This document shows, piece by piece, positions 36,048-44,936 of a DNA stretch of 64,000 nt. Every line of letters begins with the position of its first letter. The stretch's first letter is position 1. This DNA is from a virus, in the IMG/VR virus record IMGVR_UViG_3300045973_000169, positions 13,000-76,999 of that record; one strand, written 5' to 3'. Position numbers and translations under genes: made by a program. Under the pieces are notes generated by a model. It was given only the letters and a program-made list of their open reading frames with translations. It had not been told where the DNA came from and made no database searches.

Positions 36048-36344
36048 ATGTTAAAGGCAAGAAAAGTTTATTTAGTTAAAATAGCTCCTGCTAATCTTAA
36101 TAAATTTATTTCTTTCTCATCTAATTTTATTCCTACTTTAGATGAGATAAAAGATATAATCGAAAATTTACATGAAGAGAATCCTTTACCATTTGATTTG
36201 ATATATGAATGTCATTGTGGATTAGATATTTGGGGAGTCCCTTCTGAATGTAATGGAAAGACTATCCGTTGGTGGAAAAATAAAGGTGAAGCTGTTTCAA
36301 GAGGATTCATCTCAATAAAAGAACAAAATATTTATTTTAAGTAG
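36048..36344 (+). CDS. hypothetical protein (98 aa)
   Basis: RBS aacggagagtatATG. Confidence 0.55.
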   Translation: MLKARKVYLVKIAPANLNKFISFSSNFIPTLDEIKDIIENLHEENPLPFDLIYECHCGLDIWGVPSECNGKTIRWWKNKGEAVSRGFISIKEQNIYFK

Positions 36345-36350
36345 GTAGTA

Positions 36351-36929
36351 ATGAAGAATAAAAGAGTTTGTGTAGATTTAGATAATACACTATGTGATTT
36401 AACTGGTTATGTTTGTGATGAAATTAATTTAGGATTAGGATTAGCTGATCCGGTATTTAATCAACGTATTGAAACATATAATTATCTACAAAATACTTAT
36501 GGAGCTTGGATAGAAGAATTTTGGACTACTCCTGGAATTTATGATAAACATATTAAACCATTAGAAGGTTCAATAGAATTTATTAGAGAACTTATCGCTA
36601 TAGTAGGTAGATTCAATGTATCTATTGTAACAGCGACTCCAAAAGGGCTTGAAGAAGAAAAGAAACAATTTTGTTTCAAGAACTATGGGATTAGTAATGT
36701 TATATGTACCCATGAGAAATGGAAGCATACTAAAGGAGCTATTCTTATAGATGATTATTGGAAACATTGTATGGATCATTTATTACAGAATGATGATCCT
36801 TGTATTTTGTTTAACTATGAAAATGATTATCCTTATGCTGATGCTAAGTATATTACTTTCCCAATAACCAATAAGTTACATAGAGCTGATTCTTATAAGA
36901 AAGTATTAGAGATTATAAAGGAGAAATAA
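36351..36929 (+). CDS. HAD-superfamily phosphatase (NT5C-like nucleotidase or Pnk-type 3'-phosphatase) (192 aa)
   Basis: HAD motif I VCVDLDNTLCD at the N-terminus; the size fits 5'(3')-deoxyribonucleotidase-type HAD enzymes. Confidence 0.7.
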   Translation: MKNKRVCVDLDNTLCDLTGYVCDEINLGLGLADPVFNQRIETYNYLQNTYGAWIEEFWTTPGIYDKHIKPLEGSIEFIRELIAIVGRFNVSIVTATPKGLEEEKKQFCFKNYGISNVICTHEKWKHTKGAILIDDYWKHCMDHLLQNDDPCILFNYENDYPYADAKYITFPITNKLHRADSYKKVLEIIKEK

Positions 36930-36930
36930 C

Positions 36931-37653
36931 ATGGCACGTTATGCTATAAGTGACATACATGGTTGTTTAAGAACCTTTAAGAAAGTGTTACGTTCAGTTG
37001 ACTTTAATAAGAGCGATACGCTTATATTACTAGGTGATTATATTGATAGAGGGTTAGACTCTAAAGGTGTTATTCAATACATTATTGATCTTATTGCAGA
37101 AGGCTATGATGTTATTCCTTTGTGTGGGAATCATGAACAATTCCTTATAGAGTCTATTGGTAATAATGCAGTTCAAACTATGTGGGAACGTAATGGTGGA
37201 GATAAATGCCTTAGAAGTTATGGTGTTAATCATCCTAGTTTAATGCCACATGAACATATAAGTTTTATAAGATCTTTACCTCTTATGCATGTTGAAAGAG
37301 ATTATGTCTTTGTTCATGCAGGGTTAGATTTCTGTAAAGAAGATCCTATTGAAGAATCAAGTGATGAGACTATTCTTTGGAGTAGGATGCATCGCCTTGC
37401 TGGAGATTCACGTAGGAAGAAACTTGGTGGAAGAGTCTTGGTTACAGGACATACTCCTACAGATAAGAAAACAATGATTACAATGGCTATGGGTGAAGAT
37501 ATGATTACTATTGACAGAGGCTGTGTCTTTGAAGGATCTAATTATAACCATATGGCTATTTTTAATCTAGATACAAAACAGTTTAATTTTATTAAAAATA
37601 TTGATACTTTAGAAAATGATTGGGTGAGTAGACATGGATATGCAGGACGATAG
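36931..37653 (+). CDS. PPP-family Ser/Thr phosphatase / ApaH-like metallophosphatase (240 aa)
   Basis: All signature motifs present: DIHG, GDYIDRG, GNHE, VHAG, GHTP. Confidence 0.85.
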   Translation: MARYAISDIHGCLRTFKKVLRSVDFNKSDTLILLGDYIDRGLDSKGVIQYIIDLIAEGYDVIPLCGNHEQFLIESIGNNAVQTMWERNGGDKCLRSYGVNHPSLMPHEHISFIRSLPLMHVERDYVFVHAGLDFCKEDPIEESSDETILWSRMHRLAGDSRRKKLGGRVLVTGHTPTDKKTMITMAMGEDMITIDRGCVFEGSNYNHMAIFNLDTKQFNFIKNIDTLENDWVSRHGYAGR

Positions 37654-38071
37654 GCTTTTAGTTCATATGAATTATAGAAAATATACACCTGAAAACATTG
37701 TCAGTCTAGAGCCAAATGAAGTGTTTGTCTTCGGTAGCAATACCGAAGGCATTCACGGAGCTGGTGCTGCTAGAGCTGCATTGGATTTGTTTGGTGCTAA
37801 GTTTGGACAAGCAGAAGGATTACAAGGTCAGTCTTATGCTATTGTAACTAAAGATCTTGAATTAGGTATGAGGAGTATCCCTCTTGGAGATATATGTAAA
37901 AGTATATTTAAATTCCTTGAGTTTGCTAAAGAGAATGGAGATAAAATTTTTTATGTAACTAAATTAGGTTGCGCTTTAGCTGGATATTCTATTGATGAAA
38001 TAGGTAAGCTTTTTATGGGATTTAATATTCCGAATAATGTTGTTTTACCAGTTGAATTTTGGGAGTGTTAG
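37634..38071 (+). CDS. conserved Rossmann-like protein with FVFGSNTEGIHGAGAARAA motif (145 aa)
   Basis: The glycine-rich motif looks familiar from phage and bacterial proteins, but the family name is not recalled with certainty. Confidence 0.55.
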   Translation: MDMQDDRLLVHMNYRKYTPENIVSLEPNEVFVFGSNTEGIHGAGAARAALDLFGAKFGQAEGLQGQSYAIVTKDLELGMRSIPLGDICKSIFKFLEFAKENGDKIFYVTKLGCALAGYSIDEIGKLFMGFNIPNNVVLPVEFWEC

Positions 38072-38072
38072 A

Positions 38073-38330
38073 ATGAAAGTTGAAATTATTCACGAAGAAG
38101 TAAAGCCAGTTATCCCGCCAGTTAAAGAAGTAGTTATTACTCTTACAGCGAAAGAAGCTTTAATCCTTAAGGTTTTAATGGGACATATAGCTGGAGTTAG
38201 TGGTGGACATGAGCTGAGTATTTTTAGAGATAAAATCTGGGAATCTTTAAGTAAAGATTTACCTGGGATTTATTCTGATAAATTTAAAGCAGTTGAAAAT
38301 GAATGTAAAAATGTTAAATTAGCATTTTAG
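38073..38330 (+). CDS. hypothetical protein (85 aa)
   Basis: RBS ttgggagtgttagaATG. Confidence 0.5.
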   Translation: MKVEIIHEEVKPVIPPVKEVVITLTAKEALILKVLMGHIAGVSGGHELSIFRDKIWESLSKDLPGIYSDKFKAVENECKNVKLAF

Positions 38331-38430
38331 TATAAGGAGTAAATATGTATCAAGCTGTAAGCATATAAATGCAAATGTAGCTATCTGCATTAATGTGTTA
38401 TTAACATCTATCAAAACTAAGGAGTCTCAA

Positions 38431-39168
38431 ATGATAGGTGAAAAGTTTGGTAAGTTAACAGTTGTCTATTTCAATGATTTAAATAAGAGAAAAGAGAAAC
38501 TATGGTTATGTCTTTGTGATTGTGGAAAAGAAATAATTGTAAAAACAAGAAATCTTAAAATTGGAGCAACAAAAAGTTGTGGTTGTTTATCAACAGGCCC
38601 AAAAATTTCTGATCTTACTGGGAATAAATTTGGTGATTTAGAAGTTATATCTTATGCACATCAAGATAAATGGAGAACAAGTTTTTGGAATTGTAGATGT
38701 ATTTGTGGTAATTATACTGTTGCTAGTTCCGCAAATCTTAAATCTGGAAATCGTATTTCTTGTGGATGTAAACATGATGAATGGAAACATAATAAACCAA
38801 AAGGTCAAGATAGTCCACATTGGAATTCAGATATAATTGATAGAAATAGCAGACGACTTGACTATGAAGCAAAAGACTGGGCAATAAGAATTAAAGAACG
38901 TGATAAATATAAGTGTTTAGTTTGTGGTAAATCTCCAAGTGGAGAACTAACAAGTCATCATCTATATAGCTATAATGACTATATAGATTTAAGATATGAT
39001 ATTGATAATGGAATTACTTTATGCGAGCAATGTCATTATTCTTTCCATAAAAAATATGGATTCAAAAAGAACACAAAAGAACAATTTAAGGAGTGGAAAA
39101 ATGAGTTATATGGCAGTAATAGCACGGTTGAAGAATGTCCGTGCTCATCCGAATGCAGACCGGATTAA
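38431..39168 (+). CDS. HNH homing endonuclease with N-terminal Cys-rich DNA-binding region (245 aa)
   Basis: RBS aaggagtctcaaATG; C-terminal SHHLYSYNDY...NGITLCEQCHYSFH; the 3' end overlaps the RNA ligase start by 68 nt. Confidence 0.75.
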   Translation: MIGEKFGKLTVVYFNDLNKRKEKLWLCLCDCGKEIIVKTRNLKIGATKSCGCLSTGPKISDLTGNKFGDLEVISYAHQDKWRTSFWNCRCICGNYTVASSANLKSGNRISCGCKHDEWKHNKPKGQDSPHWNSDIIDRNSRRLDYEAKDWAIRIKERDKYKCLVCGKSPSGELTSHHLYSYNDYIDLRYDIDNGITLCEQCHYSFHKKYGFKKNTKEQFKEWKNELYGSNSTVEECPCSSECRPD

Positions 39169-40471
39169 ATTAGCTAATTGTTTAGGCTATCAAGTTATTG
39201 TAGGGCTTGAGGCTAAAGATGATGATATTGTTATTTTATTTCCTGATGATGGGCAATTAAGTCATGAATATATTTTTAATAATAACCTATATAACAAAGC
39301 AGAGATGAATAAAGATCCTAGTGTTAAAACTGGATTCTTTGATCATAAACGTAGAGTAAGATGTCAGACATTTAGAGGAGAGAAAAGTGAAGCTTATACT
39401 GCTGATATCAGAAGCGTGGAATTTACTGGGGTTGATATTGAAAGTCTCTATGTGGGTGTCCGTTTTGATGTTCTTAATGATATTAGCATTTGCAATAAGT
39501 ATATAACTCAAGCCACTAAGGATGCTGCTAATAAGAATGGGAATAAAGATAAGGTTAAACTTAATGTTATTCTTAAGAAAATGTTCCCTGAGCATATAGA
39601 TACTGAACAGATTAGATTTGCAAGAGATGAAGATCTAATTGGATTAGTTACTATTACTCATAAGCTTCATGGTACAAGTGCTAGAACTGGATATATTAAT
39701 ACTCCTGTTGAAGTACCTTTAAAATGGTATCATAAACTTTGGAATCAGTATGTTAAGTTAGTTGACTATCTCCCTCCTAAGTATACTCACGAGCAGAATG
39801 AAGCTTTATATTTTGCTCCTACTACTATCAAGAAATGGAAAACTATTTTTGGTACACGTAGGGTAATTAAAGGTCCTGTTAATGAAGAAGCAACTGATTA
39901 TCGTTCTTTATGTGCTAAACGATTAGCTCCTTTTATTGAAAAGGGTGAAATCTGGTATTATGAAATTGTAGGGTATGAAGATACTGGTGCTCTTATTATG
40001 GGGAGTGTTTCTACTAAAGAAATGCCTAAAGAATTCCAAAAAAGGTTTGGTGAAACTATTACTTACAAGTATGGTTGCTTACCTGGGACATGGAATATTT
40101 ATGTTTATCGTATTACTCATCAGAATGAAGATGGTGTTATCTATGAACTTCCATGGGCACAAGTAAAAGCTAAATGTAATAATGCTGCTATTAAGCATGT
40201 TCCTGAAATTGATGTTATTTTAACAGAAGTAGCTTTAGATGGTACAATTGATGTTGAAGTTTTAAAGCAAACAATTGAACATTACACTGAAGATGAAGAT
40301 ATTGCTGAACCCCTTGATGCTTCTCATATACGTGAAGGTATCTGTGTTAGGATTGATAATCTTGAGACTGGTAAAATGAAAATATTCAAGAATAAAACTT
40401 TTGTATTTAAGGTGCTTGAAGGTATTGTTAAGGATTCTGGTGTAGTTGATACAGAAGAAGCTGAAGGGTAG
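39101..40471 (+). CDS. RNA ligase, Rnl2-type KxHG nucleotidyltransferase (456 aa)
   Basis: RBS aaggagtggaaaaATG; motif I ITHKLHGTSARTG resembles T4 Rnl2 EKIHGTN; a ~170-aa N-terminal extension precedes the NTase domain. Confidence 0.75.
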   Translation: MSYMAVIARLKNVRAHPNADRIKLANCLGYQVIVGLEAKDDDIVILFPDDGQLSHEYIFNNNLYNKAEMNKDPSVKTGFFDHKRRVRCQTFRGEKSEAYTADIRSVEFTGVDIESLYVGVRFDVLNDISICNKYITQATKDAANKNGNKDKVKLNVILKKMFPEHIDTEQIRFARDEDLIGLVTITHKLHGTSARTGYINTPVEVPLKWYHKLWNQYVKLVDYLPPKYTHEQNEALYFAPTTIKKWKTIFGTRRVIKGPVNEEATDYRSLCAKRLAPFIEKGEIWYYEIVGYEDTGALIMGSVSTKEMPKEFQKRFGETITYKYGCLPGTWNIYVYRITHQNEDGVIYELPWAQVKAKCNNAAIKHVPEIDVILTEVALDGTIDVEVLKQTIEHYTEDEDIAEPLDASHIREGICVRIDNLETGKMKIFKNKTFVFKVLEGIVKDSGVVDTEEAEG

Positions 40472-40472
40472 T

Positions 40473-40640
40473 ATGGAAATATTAACAGTTATAAGTTTAG
40501 TTTTAGTAGTACTTATATTTATTTATGGAGCTTATGAAATTGAATATGAATTCAAATATACTCTTAGATATCATTTATTAGCAATGGTTATAGTAACATA
40601 TACTATTTCATGTTTATGTTTTTATCTTAAAGGATTATAA
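40473..40640 (+). CDS. small membrane protein (55 aa)
   Basis: TM helices. Confidence 0.4.
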   Translation: MEILTVISLVLVVLIFIYGAYEIEYEFKYTLRYHLLAMVIVTYTISCLCFYLKGL

Positions 40641-40641
40641 T

Positions 40642-40878
40642 ATGAAGAGTGCTAAAGATGCAAGGCGTGAGACTGAATCTATTGATTCCAATAAAGCTAA
40701 ATTAGAAGTTGAAAAGATAGAAAAGGCAATTCAAGAAGCTATTAATAATGGTAAATTTAATTGCTATATAGATTTCTATCCTTCAGCTCCTGTTAAATAT
40801 CAAGTAACTTCACTTGGATATTCTATAGGTCCTAATTATGGTAGATATAACGAAACGTGTGTAGAAATATCATGGTAA
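40642..40878 (+). CDS. hypothetical protein (78 aa)
   Basis: ORF follows the upstream stop after 1 nt. Confidence 0.5.
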   Translation: MKSAKDARRETESIDSNKAKLEVEKIEKAIQEAINNGKFNCYIDFYPSAPVKYQVTSLGYSIGPNYGRYNETCVEISW

Positions 40879-40987
40879 AAGTAATCAAATATTTAGAAGA
40901 ACTCTATGATCATTATGACAAAAAGAGTTTAGTTTATCGTGCGGATACTGTAAAGAAAATTATAAAAGAATTAAAAGGAGAAACAAA

Positions 40988-41716
40988 ATGAGTTTCGCAG
41001 ATCTTGGCAAAAAGGCAGATGATGCTAGTCAGGTGGTAGCTGGTGAGGCTACTAAAGTAAAAGGTGAGTTCCTTGGTTTAAGTAAGGCAACTAAGTATGT
41101 AGTATATGGTATTATATTGATTGCTATTCTTGCTCTTGGTTCTTGTATGTTAAAGGGCTGTGGTGCTGATAATCATTCAGCTAAAGCTTCTATCCAGAAT
41201 GTTGGGACAGAGTATCCAGCACAGCAGATGCAACAGCCAGTTATTGTACAGCAGAATGATCCTACATCTGGAGTTCTTACTGGTATGGCTATTGGCTATA
41301 TGATGTCTAATGGTCAACGCTATGATGGTCATAATGGGTATGGTGATTCACATTATCGTGGGCCTGCTCAAGTAACAAATAATACAACTGTAATTAATAA
41401 GGCGGCTCCTAATGTACCTGCTCCTGTTTCTCCCGTTGCCAATGTTCCTGCCAAGCCTTTGGCCGCTGTGGCTCCTGTTGCTGCTGTTGTACCTGCTGTT
41501 GTCAAAGTAGCTAACCCTGGGGATGCTGCTGCTGAACAGATTAGAAAGAATGATGCATTGAAAGCAGAACTTAAAGCTAAACAAGCTGCTAGAGCTTCTG
41601 CTCCTATTAGTTTAAGTAAACCGTCTGCTCCTAAAAGTAGCTTTAGTTCTTTTAGTAAAAGTGTTAGTTCACCAACAAGAAGTAGTTCATCTAGTTCTGG
41701 TTCAAGGAGAAGGTAA
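40988..41716 (+). CDS. membrane-anchored low-complexity protein, Pro/Ala/Val-rich then Ser-rich (242 aa)
   Basis: RBS aaaggagaaacaaaATG; TM helix at aa 38-58; PAPVSPVANVPAKPLAAVAPVAAVVPAVV repeats; Ser-rich tail. Confidence 0.6.
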   Translation: MSFADLGKKADDASQVVAGEATKVKGEFLGLSKATKYVVYGIILIAILALGSCMLKGCGADNHSAKASIQNVGTEYPAQQMQQPVIVQQNDPTSGVLTGMAIGYMMSNGQRYDGHNGYGDSHYRGPAQVTNNTTVINKAAPNVPAPVSPVANVPAKPLAAVAPVAAVVPAVVKVANPGDAAAEQIRKNDALKAELKAKQAARASAPISLSKPSAPKSSFSSFSKSVSSPTRSSSSSSGSRRR

Positions 41717-41828
41717 TGTCAAACTTTGCTAATTATTTGGTTTTACTTGGTATTATTCTTGGAGCATTCCCTGGATATTGGATTGGTAAAAAAGTAGGAA
41801 AATTACAAGCTAAGAAAGAGGATACGAA

Positions 41829-42233
41829 ATGAATTGTGATATATTATTACCAAAGAATGAAAAAGAAGGAATTCTCCTAATAAAAGCTTTACAAGCAATT
41901 GGAATTGAAGACTGTATTGATGAAACTGATCCTAAGAAAACCTATCAAAGAATATTAAGTACTTGGGACTGTATTAACATTATCCCTTCCTATAAAGATA
42001 AAAATAAATTGATCTTTGGTGGTGGGAATAAAAGACAGAAATATTCAACATTTGGTGAGTTACTAGAAATAGTAGCCGCCTATAGACCAGAAATTGTTGT
42101 TGAAGTTAAACTTAATAATGAATATACTGCAATTGTATCAAAAGATGGGATTAAAGTAGGATGTCAAGAATTTTCTCTTGGGGTGATTGACATTTTAGCC
42201 GCTGCAAAAGAGACAATACTAAAAGGAAAATAA
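41829..42233 (+). CDS. conserved hypothetical protein, paralog A (134 aa)
   Basis: Paralogous to 44160-44564 (VEVKLNNEYTAIVSKDGIKVGCQEFSLGVI versus IEVKLNSNYKAEVTKDSVVVGCQTFTHKAI); equal length. Confidence 0.6.
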   Translation: MNCDILLPKNEKEGILLIKALQAIGIEDCIDETDPKKTYQRILSTWDCINIIPSYKDKNKLIFGGGNKRQKYSTFGELLEIVAAYRPEIVVEVKLNNEYTAIVSKDGIKVGCQEFSLGVIDILAAAKETILKGK

Positions 42234-42234
42234 G

Positions 42235-42948
42235 ATGAAACATATAGTGGTTGGAGATGTACACTCTAATCATCTTGCTCTTATTAAAATCATGTTTAAA
42301 TATCCCCCTAGTGAGTATAAATATATATTCACTGGGGATTATAATGATTATAGAGAAGAGAATCCTAGAGAGAAATCTAATTATATAACCACTATATTTC
42401 AGGTTATGAAGATAGTTAATCTCCATGGTGGAGTTGCTCTTCTTGGTAACCATGATGATAAATTGAGAAGATGGTTTAATGGTAGGAATGTAGAAATTAG
42501 AGACGGTTTAACTGAGACTATCTATGATATTGAAAAGTTTCGTAAAGAACCTTATGGACAGCTTCATCTTGATACAATCAATGCTTTTCTTAATAATCTC
42601 CCTTTAACTCATATCGAAGAAATTAATGGAATAGTTTATAAGTTTGCTCATGCAATCCATCCAGAATATGATGAAGTGTATATCCAAACAGGACATAATC
42701 CACCATCTGAGAAAAAATGGAAAGAGCATTGTATTTGGGGGTATCCTAGAACTCTTGATGATGAGAAGGTTTTTCATAGAGTTCACTATTGGAATATTAA
42801 AGAGTATAATGATAGAGTCCCTGAGAATACATTCAAGATAGCTGGACATTATCATGAAGTATTTAAGAATGATAAGTTTCTTATACTTGATGCTACTCCT
42901 AACATTGCAACTTATATTATAGAAGATAACTTAATAGAGGAATGGTAA
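42235..42948 (+). CDS. calcineurin-like metallophosphoesterase (237 aa)
   Basis: GDVHSN, TGDYNDY, LLGNHDD and AGHYH motifs. Confidence 0.8.
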   Translation: MKHIVVGDVHSNHLALIKIMFKYPPSEYKYIFTGDYNDYREENPREKSNYITTIFQVMKIVNLHGGVALLGNHDDKLRRWFNGRNVEIRDGLTETIYDIEKFRKEPYGQLHLDTINAFLNNLPLTHIEEINGIVYKFAHAIHPEYDEVYIQTGHNPPSEKKWKEHCIWGYPRTLDDEKVFHRVHYWNIKEYNDRVPENTFKIAGHYHEVFKNDKFLILDATPNIATYIIEDNLIEEW

Positions 42949-42949
42949 A

Positions 42950-44170
42950 ATGTTTAGATCTTTAAATGATAAAGCCTACTTAGTTGGAGGCGCAGTACGT
43001 GATCTCCTATTAGGCCATGAACCTAAAGATCGAGATTATGTTATTGAATGTACAGAAGCTGAATTTGAGAGAGTATTTCCCGATGCTGAAAAGGTCGGGA
43101 ATACTTTCCCTGTTTATTTACATCCTGAGACTGGTGATGAGATAGCTTTAACAAGAACAGAAAGACCAACAGAAACTAAATTTGGTGCTCTTGGTTCATA
43201 CCAAGGATTTGAAATTATTGGAGTTGGAGTGTCTATTCTTGATGATCTTAGAAGAAGAGATTTTACTATTAACTCTATTGCTCAAAAATATCTTACGAAA
43301 GAAATCATTGATCCTACTAATGGTAAGTTTGATTTAAAAAATAAGATGTTACGCTGTGTTAATTCTGAAGCTTTTAATGATGACCCTTTAAGAATCTATA
43401 GAGCTTGTAGATTTGCTGCTAGATTTGATTTTAAAGTTGAGATGCATACATTTAAATTAATGAGAGACAATTGTCATAATCTTTTCTTTGTAGAAAAAGA
43501 AAGAGTAGTTAATGAATTAAAGAAAATGTATTCTCAGACTGATAAGCCAGGTATATTCTTTAGGTTATTATTTGAGCTTGGTGGTATGGCACATCATTTT
43601 GATCCTATTTTAGACCTTACTGTTATCCCTGCTGGACCTAAACAATACCATGGTACTAATACTGGGTTTGATCATACAATGGAAGTGATAGATAGATGTA
43701 AGGCTAATGGATTAAGCTTTGATTGTTTTATAGCTTGTCTATTCCATGATACAGGTAAAGCTTCAACTGATCCTTCTATATTACCTCACCATTATGGGCA
43801 TGAAAATGGGTCTTATCGTATTAATAAAGAGTTCTTTGCTGAGAATAGGTTTGATGCTAGTACGGTAGATTTAGCTTTAACTGTAGGGAAGAATCATATG
43901 AAGACTCATGTTATAACTAAGATGAGGACTAATAAAGTAGTTGATTTTCTTAGAGGAATTAGAAGATTAGATGAGTTTATTGATTGTTGTAATTGTGATC
44001 ATCCTTTTACTGATAATACTTTAGATTATATCAATCTTTTCAAACAAGTAAGAAAAGAAACTGTTGTTGAAATTCCTAAAGAAACAAAAGATAAATATGA
44101 ATTTGTTGGTAGGTTATACACTAAAGCCCTTGGGCAAAAGATAAAGGAATTTAAAGAAAATGGCAAATGA
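42950..44170 (+). CDS. cca: class II tRNA nucleotidyltransferase (CCA-adding enzyme) with C-terminal HD domain (406 aa)
   Basis: LVGGAVRDLLLG...DRDYV, RRDFTINSIA, DPLRIYRACRFAARF and the HD motif LFHDTGK. Confidence 0.85.
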   Translation: MFRSLNDKAYLVGGAVRDLLLGHEPKDRDYVIECTEAEFERVFPDAEKVGNTFPVYLHPETGDEIALTRTERPTETKFGALGSYQGFEIIGVGVSILDDLRRRDFTINSIAQKYLTKEIIDPTNGKFDLKNKMLRCVNSEAFNDDPLRIYRACRFAARFDFKVEMHTFKLMRDNCHNLFFVEKERVVNELKKMYSQTDKPGIFFRLLFELGGMAHHFDPILDLTVIPAGPKQYHGTNTGFDHTMEVIDRCKANGLSFDCFIACLFHDTGKASTDPSILPHHYGHENGSYRINKEFFAENRFDASTVDLALTVGKNHMKTHVITKMRTNKVVDFLRGIRRLDEFIDCCNCDHPFTDNTLDYINLFKQVRKETVVEIPKETKDKYEFVGRLYTKALGQKIKEFKENGK

Positions 44171-44564
44171 ACCAGCTTACAAGATGAAAAATAATGCCGA
44201 ACAGAAAGTAATTGTTACTGCATTAAAAACAATGGGTTTCAAAATATTAAGTGCTGATATGGAAATAGCTAAATATTTAAAAGATAATCCTGCAACTGAT
44301 AATCATTATATTTGGGTTCAACTTACTGATTCAGGTTGGATTATTAATGGATGTAATTTTATGGGAAGCAGGAAAGAAGTCTCTCTTGGAGAATTTCTTG
44401 CTAATGCCGCTGAATCTATACTCAAAAATAGAGTTATTGAAGTGAAACTTAACAGTAATTATAAGGCAGAAGTAACTAAAGATAGTGTTGTAGTCGGTTG
44501 CCAGACATTTACACATAAAGCTATTAAAGAACTTTATAACGCTACCCTTGAAGTTCAGAAATGA
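44160..44564 (+). CDS. conserved hypothetical protein, paralog A-prime (134 aa)
   Basis: Paralog of 41829-42233. Confidence 0.6.
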   Translation: MANEPAYKMKNNAEQKVIVTALKTMGFKILSADMEIAKYLKDNPATDNHYIWVQLTDSGWIINGCNFMGSRKEVSLGEFLANAAESILKNRVIEVKLNSNYKAEVTKDSVVVGCQTFTHKAIKELYNATLEVQK

Positions 44565-44713
44565 AACGTTTGAGAGAAGGTTTTACTTTTACACAAGACC
44601 AATCAATAGGTATGACTTGTAGAGTAGAAAATAATGAAGTTGTCCTTATCCCTTATATAAGAGAGACTGGACAACTTCTATTTAGATGGATGGCAGAATA
44701 TGAAATTAAATAA
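44561..44713 (+). CDS. hypothetical small protein (50 aa)
   Basis: ATGA overlap with the upstream stop; below the track's cutoff. Confidence 0.3.
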   Translation: MKRLREGFTFTQDQSIGMTCRVENNEVVLIPYIRETGQLLFRWMAEYEIK

Positions 44714-44936
44714 AATAAAAGAATCAGGGATCTATTTAGTTATAGGACCACCTGAATGTGTTTCTTTGTTACCTACTGAAAATATATTATTTCTTTATCC
44801 TAATGGTGATCTTGTTATGGAAGGTAATAATTATATGGATTGTTTAAATGATGGTGAAGATGAGATAATTGAAGTTATCTGTCTTGCTAAATCAGAGAAC
44901 CATCCATCTTTGAGAGAAGGTGTTTTTGATGAGTGA
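44700..44936 (+). CDS. hypothetical acidic protein (78 aa)
   Basis: ORF overlapping both neighbours. Confidence 0.45.
   Translation: MKLNKIKESGIYLVIGPPECVSLLPTENILFLYPNGDLVMEGNNYMDCLNDGEDEIIEVICLAKSENHPSLREGVFDE

Noticed and set aside
38996-39100. Track start of the RNA ligase ORF at 38996 (491 aa)
   Set aside because: That start lies deep inside the HNH gene in another frame with no RBS. The ATG at 39101 follows a strong AAGGAGTGG RBS and was used instead.
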